From contig JAUSJC010000010.1 of NCBI GenBank assembly GCA_030647775.1, positions 136,718 through 200,717 of the forward strand: a DNA stretch of 64,000 bases. Direction: 5' to 3'. Shown one piece after another: positions 20,626 to 31,063 of the stretch; the first letter of the stretch is position 1; the number at the start of each line of letters is the position of its first letter. The position numbers and the translations under genes are program-made. The notes under the pieces are model-generated. The model worked only from the letters and a program-made list of their open reading frames with translations. It did no database searches and was not told where the DNA came from. The DNA is from Candidatus Curtissbacteria bacterium (GTDB lineage Bacteria > Patescibacteriota > Microgenomatia > Curtissbacterales > GWA2-41-24).

Positions 20626-20990
20626 AACACGGTGACATTTTACAAAAAGCAATACTTTCCGAAAAAGCATACCGGCTAATGGAAAAAGGTATTTACACAT
20701 TTTTTGTGTCCAAGTCAGCGTCAAAAAAAGATGTGAAGAATTCTATAGAAAAAATGTTCTCGGTAAGTGTCAAAAAAGTTAATGTGGCAGGAATTAGTTC
20801 AAAACAAAAGAAGATTGCCAAAACGAGGAAAACAGTAACAGTCGGCGGCGGCAAAAAAGCCATAGTCTATTTAAAAGCCGGCCAAACTATTTCCGTTCTT
20901 TCACCAAAAACCGAGTCAAAAACCAAGAAAACGAAAAAAACCGGCGAAAAAGATATCGAAAAGGTATCAGTAGAAGGGAAGGAAGGTTAA
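20622..20990 (+). CDS. rplW: 50S ribosomal protein L23 with C-terminal extension
   Basis: SEKA, YTFFV, KKAIVYL; operon position. Confidence 0.96.
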   Translation: MKHGDILQKAILSEKAYRLMEKGIYTFFVSKSASKKDVKNSIEKMFSVSVKKVNVAGISSKQKKIAKTRKTVTVGGGKKAIVYLKAGQTISVLSPKTESKTKKTKKTGEKDIEKVSVEGKEG

Positions 20991-20991
20991 A

Positions 20992-21816
20992 ATGCCAATT
21001 AAAGTCACAAGACCCATATCACCGTCTCAACGTTTCAAAAGCGGTTTGACCTTTGAGGAAATAACCAGAACAAGACCAGAAAGTTCTTTAACCAGCTCTC
21101 TTAATAGAACTTCCGGCAGGTCCGGTGGCAAAGTAACCACCCGAGGCAAAGGCGGCGGGCACAAAAGGAATCTTCGCCAGATTGATTTTAAAAGAAACAA
21201 AATAAACGTTGAGGCAAAAGTTGCTTCAATCGAATACGACCCAAATAGGACTGCCAATATTGCCCTTCTATATTACAAAGATGGCGAAAAAAGATATATT
21301 CTGGCCCCCATTGGTCTTAATGTCGGAGACAAAGTTATGTCAGGGGAAACCGCACCAATTGCCCCCGGCAATTCCTTACCGCTTGCCAAAATTCCGGTTG
21401 GGACTGTTGTTCATAATGTAGAGTTAATCCCCGGTTCCGGCGGTCAGATGGCCAGAAGTGCCGGTGTAGGGGCTATTGTTGCCGCCCGTGAAGGTAAATA
21501 CATCCATCTTAAGCTTCCTTCAAAAGAAGTAAGGCGCGTTCATAGTTCGGCAATTGCTACAATCGGCCAGGTCGGAAACGTTGATTGGAAAAACATAACT
21601 CTTGGCAAAGCCGGCAGATCCCGCCATATGGGAATAAAGCCGACGGTCCGTGGAGTAGCCCAGGATCCAAGATCCCACCCGCATGGCGGTGGAGAAGGAA
21701 AATCCGGTACCGGCATGAATCCAAAAACTCCATGGGGCAAACCGGCAATGGGCAAAAAGACAAGAAATAGAAATAAACCGTCCGGTAGATTCATTATGTC
21801 GAGGAGGAAGAAGTAA
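20992..21816 (+). CDS. rplB: 50S ribosomal protein L2
   Basis: [20 protein letters not shown]. Confidence 0.99.
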   Translation: MPIKVTRPISPSQRFKSGLTFEEITRTRPESSLTSSLNRTSGRSGGKVTTRGKGGGHKRNLRQIDFKRNKINVEAKVASIEYDPNRTANIALLYYKDGEKRYILAPIGLNVGDKVMSGETAPIAPGNSLPLAKIPVGTVVHNVELIPGSGGQMARSAGVGAIVAAREGKYIHLKLPSKEVRRVHSSAIATIGQVGNVDWKNITLGKAGRSRHMGIKPTVRGVAQDPRSHPHGGGEGKSGTGMNPKTPWGKPAMGKKTRNRNKPSGRFIMSRRKK

Positions 21817-22100
21817 TGGCCAGATCTAGTAAAAAGGGACCATACGTAGACGAAAAATTAATGAAAAAGGTAATGGCTCAGAAAGAATCCGGCAAAAAAG
21901 AGCCAATTAAAACTTGGGCAAGGGCAAGCCAAATCCCGCCGGAATTTGTCAGTCACACTTTTGCTGTCCACAATGGCCGGGCGCATATTAATGTTTTTGT
22001 TTCCGAACCAATGGTTGGCCACAGGCTCGGTGAATTTGCGCCAACTAGAGTCTTTAGAGGCCACGGAAAAATAACCGAAAAGGCCACAGCAAAGAAATAA
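21816..22100 (+). CDS. rpsS: 30S ribosomal protein S19
   Basis: [23 protein letters not shown]. Confidence 0.99.
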   Translation: MARSSKKGPYVDEKLMKKVMAQKESGKKEPIKTWARASQIPPEFVSHTFAVHNGRAHINVFVSEPMVGHRLGEFAPTRVFRGHGKITEKATAKK

Positions 22101-22591
22101 TGATTATTGAAGCGTCAGTTAAAAATATTCGAATATCAGCCGAAAAGGTTAAGCTTGTTGTGGACCAAATTAAAAAAATGCCGCCCCAAAAAGCTATTCA
22201 AATATTAAATTTTGTTAATAAATCATCTTCACCGGTTTTAAAAAAAGTTATTGCATCGGCACTTGCCAACGCTAAAAATAATCATGGTATCTCCGAAGGA
22301 GATTTAATTTTCAAGGAGATCTTAGTCGGTAATGGCCCGATGTTCAAAAGATTTCGGCCGGTATCCAGAGGAAGAGCACATCACATTTTAAAACGAACAA
22401 GCAATATCAAAATTGTATTGGAATCAAAAGCCGGGGAGACAAAAGTCTCAAAGGCGCCATCAACAAAAGAAGTATCAAAAGTTGACGGAAAAGGTAAAAT
22501 CAAAACCTTTTCCAGTCATCCTGAACGAAGTGAAGGAACTATAAAGCAAAACAAGAAAGAGAAAGGAGCTGTTAGTGGGGCAAAAAGTTAA
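22100..22591 (+). CDS. rplV: 50S ribosomal protein L22 with repeat-derived C-terminal extension
   Basis: SALANAKNN, KRFRPVSRGRA..I.KRTS. Confidence 0.98.
   Translation: MIIEASVKNIRISAEKVKLVVDQIKKMPPQKAIQILNFVNKSSSPVLKKVIASALANAKNNHGISEGDLIFKEILVGNGPMFKRFRPVSRGRAHHILKRTSNIKIVLESKAGETKVSKAPSTKEVSKVDGKGKIKTFSSHPERSEGTIKQNKKEKGAVSGAKS
22476..22545 (+). repeat. 70-bp block identical to 19793-19862
   Basis: Base-by-base comparison. Confidence 0.97.
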
Positions 22592-23213
22592 CCCGATAGG
22601 TTTTAGGCTTGGAACTGTTTATACCTGGAATTCCAGGTGGTTTGCCAAAAAAGGGAATTTTGCAACCCTTCTCTTAGAAGATTACAAAATCCGTAAGTTT
22701 TTGATGGAAAACTTGAAAGCCGCGGGTATCACACGTGTAGAGATCGAAAGGTCTTTCGACAAAAGAACCATTATTGTCCATGTTGCCCGCCCCGGTGTTG
22801 CCATTGGCCGCGGTGGAACAGGCATTGAGCAAATAAAATCAACTCTAATCAAAAAGTTTAAAATCACCGATCCGGGCAAATTGGAAATAAGATTTGAGGA
22901 AGTTAAAGCACCGGACTTGGATGCTTATTTGGTTGCTATAAATATTGCAGACCAACTCGCCCGCCGCATTCCTTTTAGAAGAGTTATGAATCAATCCTTA
23001 GAAAGAGTCAAAAGATCCGGAGCGAAAGGGGTCCGAATCTCCTTGGGCGGCAGGCTTGGAGGTTCTGAGATAGCCAGGCGTGAAACTCTTAAAGATGGGT
23101 CAATTCCTCTGCATACTATTCGCGCGCAAATTGATTTTGCAAAAATTGACGCCAAAGTTCCAAGAGCAGGGATAGTCGGAATAAAAGTTTGGATCTTTAA
23201 AGGTGAATCATGA
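22575..23213 (+). CDS. rpsC: 30S ribosomal protein S3
   Basis: GQKVNPIGFRLG, ARPGVAIGRGG, GRLGGSEIAR. Confidence 0.99.
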   Translation: MGQKVNPIGFRLGTVYTWNSRWFAKKGNFATLLLEDYKIRKFLMENLKAAGITRVEIERSFDKRTIIVHVARPGVAIGRGGTGIEQIKSTLIKKFKITDPGKLEIRFEEVKAPDLDAYLVAINIADQLARRIPFRRVMNQSLERVKRSGAKGVRISLGGRLGGSEIARRETLKDGSIPLHTIRAQIDFAKIDAKVPRAGIVGIKVWIFKGES

Positions 23214-23317
23214 AACACGAATTGATCCGAATTCTTACTCCGAATGGACCCGAACACGTTTCGGGAATTAAAATATCGCTTTCGGATAAATTCGGACTAA
23301 AAATAAGGATAAATTAG
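23210..23317 (+). other. Candidate bridging micro-ORF (35 aa) across the rpsC-rplP repeat
   Basis: ATGA overlap with the rpsC stop; TAG ends 1 nt before the rplP ATG. Confidence 0.5.
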
Positions 23318-23318
23318 G

Positions 23319-23723
23319 ATGTTACAACCAAAAAGAGCAAAACATAGAAAACAATTTAGAGGTAAAATGAGAGGCCTTGCCATTCGCGGCAGTACCTTGT
23401 CCTTTGGCTCATTTGGCCTCAAAAGCCAAGAAGCTGGATGGATTTCGGCCCGCCAAATAGAAGCCGCTCGTCGGGCAATGACCCATTACACCAAAAGAGG
23501 CGGCCGTATCTGGATTAGAATTTTTCCCGATAAGCCGATAACCAAAAAACCTGCAGAAACCAGAATGGGTTCCGGCAAAGGTGAAGTTGACCAGTTCGTT
23601 GCAGTCGTAAGACCAGGGACAATTCTTTTTGAGATGGGAGCAGTTGAAGAAAAAGTTGCCCACGCGGCGATTAGGTTAGCAGCAAACAAACTGCCTATAA
23701 AAACAAAAATAATAACCAGATAA
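23319..23723 (+). CDS. rplP: 50S ribosomal protein L16
   Basis: [21 protein letters not shown]. Confidence 0.99.
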   Translation: MLQPKRAKHRKQFRGKMRGLAIRGSTLSFGSFGLKSQEAGWISARQIEAARRAMTHYTKRGGRIWIRIFPDKPITKKPAETRMGSGKGEVDQFVAVVRPGTILFEMGAVEEKVAHAAIRLAANKLPIKTKIITR

Positions 23724-23776
23724 ATTTAAAAACAATTTATAAGAGAGCTTGTTTTAATAAAATAAATATTTAAAAA

Positions 23777-24031
23777 ATGAAAAAGAAAGATTTAGAAGAG
23801 TTTAAAAAACAAGATATCGGCCAGTTAAAAAAGAAAATTGCTGACCTTAAAAAGGAAGCTGCAAATATAAAAATCGATCTTTCAATGGGGAAGGTAAAAA
23901 ACGTGCATAGTATCTTACAAAAGAAAAAAGCAGTTGCCAAAATCATGACAATTCTAACGCTAAAGACATTAGCGGCAAAATCCGCACAAGTCATAAAAAC
24001 AAACAAGGAGGTAAAAGTTGGCGCACGTTGA
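23777..24031 (+). CDS. rpmC: 50S ribosomal protein L29
   Basis: Operon position; KNVHSI...KK.VAKIMT. Confidence 0.9.
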   Translation: MKKKDLEEFKKQDIGQLKKKIADLKKEAANIKIDLSMGKVKNVHSILQKKKAVAKIMTILTLKTLAAKSAQVIKTNKEVKVGAR

Positions 24032-24254
24032 GGTCGGAACCGTGGTTTCCATAAAAATGCAAAAAACAGTGGTTGTAAAAGTACAAAGGAAAGTGAAACA
24101 CCCACTTTATAAAAAGCAAGTGACCAGGACTAATAAATTTAAGGCCCATGATGAAATTGGTGCCGGTCTTGGACAAAAGGTCAGAATTGCCGGGACTAAA
24201 CCAATCTCAAAGGACATCCATTTTAAAGTTACGGAGGTAATTTCAAAGTGGTAA
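24018..24254 (+). CDS. rpsQ: 30S ribosomal protein S17
   Basis: GTVVS.KMQKTVVV, HPLYKK, KAHDE. Confidence 0.98.
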   Translation: MAHVEVGTVVSIKMQKTVVVKVQRKVKHPLYKKQVTRTNKFKAHDEIGAGLGQKVRIAGTKPISKDIHFKVTEVISKW

Positions 24255-24616
24255 CCAGAAGAACAGTTTTGGTTGTTGCAGATAATAGTGGAGCCAAAAG
24301 CATGATTATTATAGGTATCGGCAAAGGTACAGGTAGAAGATTTACAAGTCTTGGAGATAAGGTTACCTGCGTAGTTCGTGGTGCCTCATCTACCGGCCAA
24401 GTCAAAGATCACGAGATTGTAAAGGCGGTAATAGTTCGAACAAGGAAAGAAAAGAAAAGGACTGACGGCTCGTACATTAGATTTTCAGATAACGCCGGAG
24501 TTATAACAGATGATTCCGGAACCCCGCGAGGTACCAGGATCTTTGGGCCGGTTGCCTCAGAACTTAGAGATCGTGGTTACAACAAAATCATTTCCATGGC
24601 AAGGGAGGTTGTATAA
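24248..24616 (+). CDS. rplN: 50S ribosomal protein L14
   Basis: VADNSGAK, DGSYIRFSDNA, GTRIFGPV. Confidence 0.99.
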   Translation: MVTRRTVLVVADNSGAKSMIIIGIGKGTGRRFTSLGDKVTCVVRGASSTGQVKDHEIVKAVIVRTRKEKKRTDGSYIRFSDNAGVITDDSGTPRGTRIFGPVASELRDRGYNKIISMAREVV

Positions 24617-24619
24617 AAA

Positions 24620-24928
24620 ATGTTTAAATTCAAAGTCGCAGACCTGATTTTAGTAACAACTGGAAAAGACAAAGGCAAAAAGGGCAAAATTGAAAAAGTC
24701 TTTACTACCGACAATAAAATCACAATTGCCGGTGTTAATATCTACAAAAGACATAAAAAAGTTACCAAAAATCAGGCAGCCGGTATTTATGAAATAACTC
24801 GACCTATTGACGTTGCCAAGGTCGCTCTCATCTGTCCTAAATGCCAAAAGCAAACGAGGGTTGGTTTCGTGTTGGAAGGAAAAGTTAAGAAAAGAATTTG
24901 TAAAAAATGTAAGGGGATATTATCATGA
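24620..24928 (+). CDS. rplX: 50S ribosomal protein L24 (zinc-ribbon form)
   Basis: GKDKGKKG, GVN..KRH.K, CPKC..CKKC. Confidence 0.98.
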   Translation: MFKFKVADLILVTTGKDKGKKGKIEKVFTTDNKITIAGVNIYKRHKKVTKNQAAGIYEITRPIDVAKVALICPKCQKQTRVGFVLEGKVKKRICKKCKGILS

Positions 24929-25464
24929 GCCTTTACCAAAAGTACCAGGAAGAAGTCCTCCCAAAATTAAAAGAAGAATTTGGGATTTCTAATGATTTTG
25001 CAGCGCCGAAAATCGAAAAAATTGTTTTGAATGTTGGAGTAGCAGAAGCAATTAGTTCAAAAGATGTTCTTGAAAAAGTAAAAGAGCAACTCTCAACTAT
25101 TTCCGGTCAGATGCCCAGGGTGACTTTAGCCAAGAAATCTATTTCGGCATTTAAATTAAAAGAGAAAGATCCTATTGGCGTCATGGTTACACTGCGCGGT
25201 AAAAGAGCGTGGAATTTTCTTGAGAGGTTTATTGCGGTTGTTCTTCCAAGAATAAGGGACTTTCGTGGCTTGCCAAAGGATAAGTTCGACAGGGCAGGCA
25301 ATTATAGCATCGGTTTACAAGAGCAAATATTATTCCCCGAAATCGATTACTCCAAAATCGATAAAGTTAGGGGTCTGGTTGTAACAATAGTTATTAAAAA
25401 TAGTGAAAGCGCAAGATCACAAAAACTATTGGAGCTTTTAGGCGCTCCATTTAAGAAGGATTGA
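24925..25464 (+). CDS. rplE: 50S ribosomal protein L5
   Basis: [22 protein letters not shown]. Confidence 0.99.
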   Translation: MSLYQKYQEEVLPKLKEEFGISNDFAAPKIEKIVLNVGVAEAISSKDVLEKVKEQLSTISGQMPRVTLAKKSISAFKLKEKDPIGVMVTLRGKRAWNFLERFIAVVLPRIRDFRGLPKDKFDRAGNYSIGLQEQILFPEIDYSKIDKVRGLVVTIVIKNSESARSQKLLELLGAPFKKD

Positions 25465-25465
25465 A

Positions 25466-25651
25466 ATGGCCAAAACGTCACAGATAGTTAGAAATAATAG
25501 AAAACCGAAATTTAAAGTGCGTCACAGAAACCGCTGCATGATCTGTGGCAGATCTCGCGGTTATCTTGGGAAGTTTGGAATATGCCGTTTATGTTTTAGA
25601 GATCTTGCCCATAGGGGAGAAATCCCGGGAGTGAAAAAATCGTCATGGTAA
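25466..25651 (+). CDS. rpsZ: 30S ribosomal protein S14, zinc-binding type Z
   Basis: [20 protein letters not shown]. Confidence 0.98.
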   Translation: MAKTSQIVRNNRKPKFKVRHRNRCMICGRSRGYLGKFGICRLCFRDLAHRGEIPGVKKSSW

Positions 25652-25700
25652 GGGAAGAAGAATATCGAGAAAAGCTTTAGCTTTTCTTCAAGTAAATATT

Positions 25701-26075
25701 ATGGATTCAATAGCAGATATGTTAATCACAATTAAAAATGGTTACATGGCTAAAAAGCTAAGTGTTAGCGTACCCTACTCCAAGTTTAAACTGGAAATCG
25801 CCAAGGTGATTGAAGCCAGTAAATTTATTGGCAAAGTCCAAAGAGAAGAAAGAAACATAAACATCGAGCTGGTTTACGAAAATCAAAAACCTAAAATTAC
25901 CGAGATAAAACGCGTTTCAAAACTCGGTCTTAGAGTCTACGCAAAGAAAAAAGATATTAAGATGGTCAAGGGTGGAAAGGGTTTGTACATTTTGTCTACA
26001 CCCCAAGGTGTAATGACTGGTCAAGCTGCCAAAGCAAAAAATCTCGGAGGGGAGGTCATCTGCCAGATCTGGTAG
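25701..26075 (+). CDS. rpsH: 30S ribosomal protein S8
   Basis: DSIADML, SKLGLRVY, LSTPQGVM, GGEVIC. Confidence 0.98.
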   Translation: MDSIADMLITIKNGYMAKKLSVSVPYSKFKLEIAKVIEASKFIGKVQREERNINIELVYENQKPKITEIKRVSKLGLRVYAKKKDIKMVKGGKGLYILSTPQGVMTGQAAKAKNLGGEVICQIW

Positions 26076-26082
26076 AAATAAT

Positions 26083-26634
26083 ATGTCAAAAATCGGAAAT
26101 CTTCCAGTTTTAATACCACAAGGTGTCACTGTCACAAAAGTTGATAGCGACATTAATGTGTCGGGTCCCAAAGGGAATCTTACCTTTAATGTCCATCCCG
26201 AAATAAAAGTCGAAATAGAAAACGACAAGATTAAGGTGATTCGAAAATCAGAAACAAAATTCGCCAAATCTCTGCACGGGCTGACAAGAAGCATTATTGC
26301 CAATATGGTAAAGGGCGTTGTGGACGGCCACGAAAAAGTTCTTGAAGTTGTAGGTGTAGGTTACCGGGCAATAAAACAAGGGGACGGGCTTGTTCTTAAT
26401 GTTGGTTATTCTCATCCGGTCATCATCGCTCCTCTTAGTGGAGTTCAATTAGATACCAAGGAAAATAAAATTATCGTTACGGGTGCCAACAAAGTTATTG
26501 TTGGTGAAATGGCGGCAAGAATCAGAAGGGTTAGACCGCCTGAACCTTACAAGGGTAAAGGCATCAAATATGCAGATGAAGTCATAAGAAGAAAGGCCGG
26601 AAAAACAGTTAAAGCGGTTGGGGGTGGGGCATAG
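26083..26634 (+). CDS. rplF: 50S ribosomal protein L6
   Basis: GPKG.L, GVGYRA, PEPYKGKG. Confidence 0.99.
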   Translation: MSKIGNLPVLIPQGVTVTKVDSDINVSGPKGNLTFNVHPEIKVEIENDKIKVIRKSETKFAKSLHGLTRSIIANMVKGVVDGHEKVLEVVGVGYRAIKQGDGLVLNVGYSHPVIIAPLSGVQLDTKENKIIVTGANKVIVGEMAARIRRVRPPEPYKGKGIKYADEVIRRKAGKTVKAVGGGA

Positions 26635-27005
26635 TGAAATTATCCAGGTCGAAGAAAATATCTCAAAGATTGAAAAGGCATGCTCATATTAGAAAAAATG
26701 TTAGAGGCTCACAAAGCATTCCCAGGCTTGTCGTTTCCAGATCGAATAAATACCTTTATGCACAAATTATTGATGATACTAAGGGAGAGACGCTGGCGGC
26801 TGTCTCAACGTTAAAGGTCAAAGGAATGAAAGAAGATTCAAAAAACCCCAAAACAAATCTGGCATACACGATAGGTGAAAAACTTGCCCACGATGCTTTA
26901 GCCAAAAAAATTAAAAAGGTAGTTTTTGACAGAGCAGGTTACAAGTATCATGGGAGAGTTAAGGCTCTGGCAGAAGGCGCCAGAAAAGGAGGTCTAAATT
27001 TTTAA
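26634..27005 (+). CDS. rplR: 50S ribosomal protein L18
   Basis: [21 protein letters not shown]. Confidence 0.99.
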   Translation: MKLSRSKKISQRLKRHAHIRKNVRGSQSIPRLVVSRSNKYLYAQIIDDTKGETLAAVSTLKVKGMKEDSKNPKTNLAYTIGEKLAHDALAKKIKKVVFDRAGYKYHGRVKALAEGARKGGLNF

Positions 27006-27021
27006 TCGAAGGTTCAATAAT

Positions 27022-27465
27022 ATGGAAAGTAGCGGTATGCCGAGGGAGTTTGAGGAAAAAGTTGTCCAAGTAAACAGGGTTTCCAAAAAAACTAAAGGCG
27101 GCAATAAAATTAGTTTTTCTGTTCTCGTTGTAGTTGGAGATAAAAAAGGCAGGGTTGGTGTGGGTCTCGGCAAAGCAAAGGACGTTGCTTCGGCCATTAG
27201 AAAAGCTGTTAACTACGCGAAGAAACATTTAATAAATGTTCCCATTAAAAATGGGACAATAGAAAGTGATATTTTTCTAAAACTAGGTGCAGCCAAAGTT
27301 TTGCTAAAACCGGCACCGGAAGGATCCGGTGTCATAGCGGGAGGCGCAGTTCGGGTCGTCGTCGAGGCAGCGGGGATAAGAAATATCTCATCAAAAGTTT
27401 TGGGAACAAAAAATCAGGCATCAAATGTTTATGCAACGCTAGAAGCTCTAAAAAGATTATCATGA
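27022..27465 (+). CDS. rpsE: 30S ribosomal protein S5
   Basis: [15 protein letters not shown]. Confidence 0.99.
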   Translation: MESSGMPREFEEKVVQVNRVSKKTKGGNKISFSVLVVVGDKKGRVGVGLGKAKDVASAIRKAVNYAKKHLINVPIKNGTIESDIFLKLGAAKVLLKPAPEGSGVIAGGAVRVVVEAAGIRNISSKVLGTKNQASNVYATLEALKRLS

Positions 27466-27890
27466 TAAATTTACATAGCTTATCAAAAATCAATAAAAAG
27501 GAGTCTAAAAGAATTGGTCGCGGTCCCGGATCAGGCAAGGGTAAAACCACAGGCCGTGGTACCAAAGGCCAAAATGCCAGAGGTAAACTGCCCATCACCC
27601 ACGCCCATTATGAGGGTGGACAAAGGCCGCTTTTTAAACGGCTTCCTTATAGAAAAGGTAAAGGCAATAGAAAAGTATCCCCAAAACCAGTTGTTATCAA
27701 TCTTGAAGATTTAGCCAAACTGCCCAAAACGTCAACGGTCACGCTCGACCTATTAGTCAAGATGAAATTGGTTAGTGAAAAAGAGGTCCGAGAGAGGGGA
27801 ATAAAGATATTAGGCACTGGGTCTATCCCGCTTGGTCTTAAAATAGATTTACCAATGGCCAAAAAGGTTTCAGAAAAATTTAAAAGATAA
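27462..27890 (+). CDS. rplO: 50S ribosomal protein L15 (no rpmD/L30 upstream)
   Basis: [27 protein letters not shown]. Confidence 0.99.
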   Translation: MINLHSLSKINKKESKRIGRGPGSGKGKTTGRGTKGQNARGKLPITHAHYEGGQRPLFKRLPYRKGKGNRKVSPKPVVINLEDLAKLPKTSTVTLDLLVKMKLVSEKEVRERGIKILGTGSIPLGLKIDLPMAKKVSEKFKR

Positions 27891-27892
27891 CG

Positions 27893-29173
27893 ATGTCAAA
27901 ATATTTCCAAACACTAATCAGAATCTTCAAAGCAAAGGACCTAAGAAAAAAGATTCTCTTTACTGCCCTTATTTTTTTTGTTTTCAGGTTATTTGCCTAT
28001 GTTCCTGTGCCGGGTGTAGATATTGTTTCCCTAAAACAGCTCTTTGCTTCAAGCCAGCTCCTTTCTCTTTTAGATGTTTTCTCGGGTGGGACTCTCGCCA
28101 ATTTTTCTGTAATGTCCCTGGGGCTTAACCCTTACATCAACGCAAGTATCATAATGCAGCTTTTGCAGCTGGTTTTTCCAAAACTTGAAGAGCTGGCAAA
28201 AGAAGGAGAATCAGGAAGAGAAAAAATAAATCAATATACTCGTTATTTATCTGTGCCTCTGACAGTCCTTCAGGCCTTTGGGATGTACATTCTCCTTAAA
28301 AACTCTAATCTAATAAACGCCGTTACTCCCCTTACGATTCTTTCACTTGTTGCCACTATGACAGCCGGGTCAATTCTATTAATGTGGTTAGGGGAAATGA
28401 TCTCCGAAAAAGGTATCGGCAACGGAATTTCAATGGTGATTTTCGCCGGTATTGTGGGAAGGCTTCCTATTAGTCTTGCTCAACAGGGCGCACTTTTTGA
28501 TCCGAGTCAAATTAAAGATGTCCTAATTTTTGCTGTTATGGCGCTTGTTGTTATTGTTTCTATTGTTTTTGTTACAGAATCTCAAAGACCTATCCGTGTT
28601 AACTATTCAAGACGTGCATCTGGTCAATCCGGAGCATCGAGCTTTATCCCATTGCGGGTTAATCAAGCTGGGGTCATCCCTATAATTTTCGCAGTCTCCT
28701 TAATTCTTCTTCCGACTACATTTGCCAGATTTTTTGAAAGATCCCCAAATGTCTTTATTGCCAATATGTCACAAAATTTAGATAGGCTCTTTAACCCCCA
28801 AGGGATCATGTACAATGCCACCTACTTTTTACTAGTAGTTGCCTTCACCTTTTTCTATACAACCGTTGCTTTTAATACTAAGCAAATTTCGGAAATGCTT
28901 ATGAAGCAAGGTGGTTTTCTTCCCGGTATCCGTCCCGGCTCGTCAACAAAATCTTACTTAGACCATATTTCTTTAAGGATTACTTTATTTGGCGCCCTTT
29001 TCTTGGGCCTTATTGCTATTCTCCCGTCAATCGGACAGAGTCTGACCGGTATTACGAGCCTTATGATCGGGGGCACCGGACTTCTAATCGTAGTTTCTGT
29101 TGTTTTAGAAACCGCCAAACAAATCGAATCGCAACTTGTAACAAGAAGTTATGAAGGATTTTTAAAAAGATGA
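27893..29173 (+). CDS. secY: Preprotein translocase subunit SecY
   Basis: [40 protein letters not shown]. Confidence 0.99.
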   Translation: MSKYFQTLIRIFKAKDLRKKILFTALIFFVFRLFAYVPVPGVDIVSLKQLFASSQLLSLLDVFSGGTLANFSVMSLGLNPYINASIIMQLLQLVFPKLEELAKEGESGREKINQYTRYLSVPLTVLQAFGMYILLKNSNLINAVTPLTILSLVATMTAGSILLMWLGEMISEKGIGNGISMVIFAGIVGRLPISLAQQGALFDPSQIKDVLIFAVMALVVIVSIVFVTESQRPIRVNYSRRASGQSGASSFIPLRVNQAGVIPIIFAVSLILLPTTFARFFERSPNVFIANMSQNLDRLFNPQGIMYNATYFLLVVAFTFFYTTVAFNTKQISEMLMKQGGFLPGIRPGSSTKSYLDHISLRITLFGALFLGLIAILPSIGQSLTGITSLMIGGTGLLIVVSVVLETAKQIESQLVTRSYEGFLKR

Positions 29174-29267
29174 AAATTTTAAGTTTAAGCCAAGCAAAAA
29201 GGCAAGAATTCATATGAAGATCTTTAAGTTTAAGCCAAGCAAAAAGGCAAGATTTGAATTACTATGA
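29170..29267 (+). repeat. Tandem duplication encoding two ATGA-chained micro-ORFs (15 and 17 aa)
   Basis: tttaagtttaagccaagcaaaaaggcaaga twice; ORFs at 29170-29217 and 29214-29267. Confidence 0.85.
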
Positions 29268-29812
29268 AAATCTTATTTTTAGGTCCGCAGGGATCAGGAA
29301 AATCAACTCAGGCGAAACTGGTAGCCCAAAAGCTTGACTTGCCGTATATAGAAATGGGACAGCTCTTAAGGGAAAAATCAAACGGTTCTGATACCCAGGC
29401 GGGTGAGATAAGACAAGCGCTGGAGGTTGGCGATTTAGTTCCGGACGCAATTACAATTAAAACTTTACAAGAAAGGCTGGCAAAATCGGATTGCAAAAAT
29501 GGTTTCGTTTTGGATGGTTATCCGAGAAATTATGCCCAAGTTGAGGGTTTACCATCCGGTATCGATAGGGTTTTTTATTTTAAAATTTCTGACGAAGAAG
29601 CAGTCAAAAGATTAATCGACAGGGGAAGGCATGATGATACCCTGGAAGTAATCTCAAGAAGGTTAGAACTATTTCACAGGGAATCAGAACCGCTACTTAC
29701 TTATTTCAGGCAACAAGGAATTATCGCTGAAATAGATGGTAGCCAGAGTATTAACCAAATCCAAGAAGAAATAGCGGGGATAATTCAAAATGAGAATGAT
29801 CAAAACAAATAA
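29264..29812 (+). CDS. adk: Adenylate kinase (short LID type)
   Basis: GPQGSGKSTQA, LDGYPR, GRHDD. Confidence 0.95.
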   Translation: MKILFLGPQGSGKSTQAKLVAQKLDLPYIEMGQLLREKSNGSDTQAGEIRQALEVGDLVPDAITIKTLQERLAKSDCKNGFVLDGYPRNYAQVEGLPSGIDRVFYFKISDEEAVKRLIDRGRHDDTLEVISRRLELFHRESEPLLTYFRQQGIIAEIDGSQSINQIQEEIAGIIQNENDQNK

Positions 29813-30539
29813 AGAGTTAGGAATCATGAAAGTTTCCGGAAAAATCGCCGCCCTTGCCCTTAAAAAAATCCTGGGAAATGTTAGGCCGGGTGTAAAATGT
29901 GTTGATTTGGATAAAATTGCCCACCGGGAGATTAAGGCCAGTGGAGCGACGTCATCTTTTATGACCGTTGATGATTATAAATGGACGATTTGTACTACCA
30001 TAAACGACCAGGTTGTCCATGGGATACCGGGAGATACAGTTCTTTTGGAGGGCGATATTTTAGGTATTGATATCGGTGCTTTTTACAAAGGTTTTCATAG
30101 TGATCTGGCTATTTCCGTTCCGGTCGGGAAAATATCACAAGACAAACAAAAATTTCTTGAAGTCGGGGAAAACACTTTAAATAAAGCAATCGCAATGGTA
30201 AAACCCGGTGCCAGAATTGGCGATATTTCCCAAACGATTCAACAGGGCATAGAAGAGGCGGGGTATTCCATCGTCAAAAACCTAACAGGTCATGGTGTTG
30301 GCCGTGAGCTTCATGAAGATCCAATGATCCCCGGATTTGGAAAAGCCGGCAAGGGGATGGAGATTGAAGAAGGGATGACTCTGGCAATTGAAGTTATTTA
30401 TGCTCAAGGTTCGGGGAAAGTAAAATTAGAAAATGACAAGTGGACAATTTCAACAGTTGATGGATCACTCGGCGGACTTTTTGAAAAAACAATTGCGGTG
30501 ACAAAAAGCGGCCCTATAGTGTTGACGCCATACATATAA
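29790..30539 (+). CDS. map: Methionine aminopeptidase type I
   Basis: VVHGIP, DIG...GFHSD, GHGVG..LHEDP. Confidence 0.97.
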   Translation: MRMIKTNKELGIMKVSGKIAALALKKILGNVRPGVKCVDLDKIAHREIKASGATSSFMTVDDYKWTICTTINDQVVHGIPGDTVLLEGDILGIDIGAFYKGFHSDLAISVPVGKISQDKQKFLEVGENTLNKAIAMVKPGARIGDISQTIQQGIEEAGYSIVKNLTGHGVGRELHEDPMIPGFGKAGKGMEIEEGMTLAIEVIYAQGSGKVKLENDKWTISTVDGSLGGLFEKTIAVTKSGPIVLTPYI

Positions 30540-30541
30540 TT

Positions 30542-30811
30542 ATGTACAATAACAGTTCGAACGAAAGTCGAAAATCAAAGCCTGGTGTTATCGAAGTAGA
30601 CGGAGAAGTTCTCGAAGCCTTACCAAACACTTTGTTCAGGGTCAAGGTTGCCGCGGGTCAAATACCCGGTATTGCCGAAGATAAGATACTGCTTTGCCAT
30701 CTTTCGGGAAAGATGAGAATTCATTACGTCAGGATTTTGCCGGGTGACAGAGTCAAAATTGAAATGACGCCATACGATCTTGCCAAAGGCCGGATCACGT
30801 ATAGGTATTAA
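30542..30811 (+). CDS. infA: Translation initiation factor IF-1
   Basis: [32 protein letters not shown]. Confidence 0.98.
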   Translation: MYNNSSNESRKSKPGVIEVDGEVLEALPNTLFRVKVAAGQIPGIAEDKILLCHLSGKMRIHYVRILPGDRVKIEMTPYDLAKGRITYRY

Positions 30812-30817
30812 GTCAAA

Positions 30818-30941
30818 ATGCAAAAGTTAAAAATCGAAGATATAAAATCCAAAATTGTATCGGGCTTTGCTCGTACAATTTTGTCCACTCAGGGAAAGGG
30901 AATATTAAGGGAAAACCGTTAGGTTGTCCCTTAAAGTGAGT
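30818..30941 (+). repeat. Two-hairpin spacer unit A, carrying a 34-aa micro-ORF (30818-30922)
   Basis: Diverged direct repeat of 31064-31183. Confidence 0.7.
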
Positions 30942-31055
30942 ATGAAAGTTCAGGCAAGCGTTAAAAAAAGATGTGTAAACTGCAAAACCGTTAAAAGAAA
31001 AGGTAGGATTTATGTGATTTGCATTAATCCTCGTCACAAGCAAAGGCAGGGGTAA
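30942..31055 (+). CDS. rpmJ: 50S ribosomal protein L36 (missing from the ORF track)
   Basis: Hand translation [37 protein letters not shown]. Confidence 0.98.
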   Translation: MKVQASVKKRCVNCKTVKRKGRIYVICINPRHKQRQG

Positions 31056-31063
31056 CAAAAATA

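Noticed and set aside
23724-23776. rplP-rpmC spacer as a bridged spacer
   Set aside because: No ATG-initiated spanning frame; recorded as a counter-example.
27455-27470. Missing rpmD (L30) as a novelty
   Set aside because: Known general feature of CPR; used only as taxonomic evidence.
29170-29263. CRISPR array
   Set aside because: Only two copies, spacer far too short and no cas genes; it is a tandem duplication.
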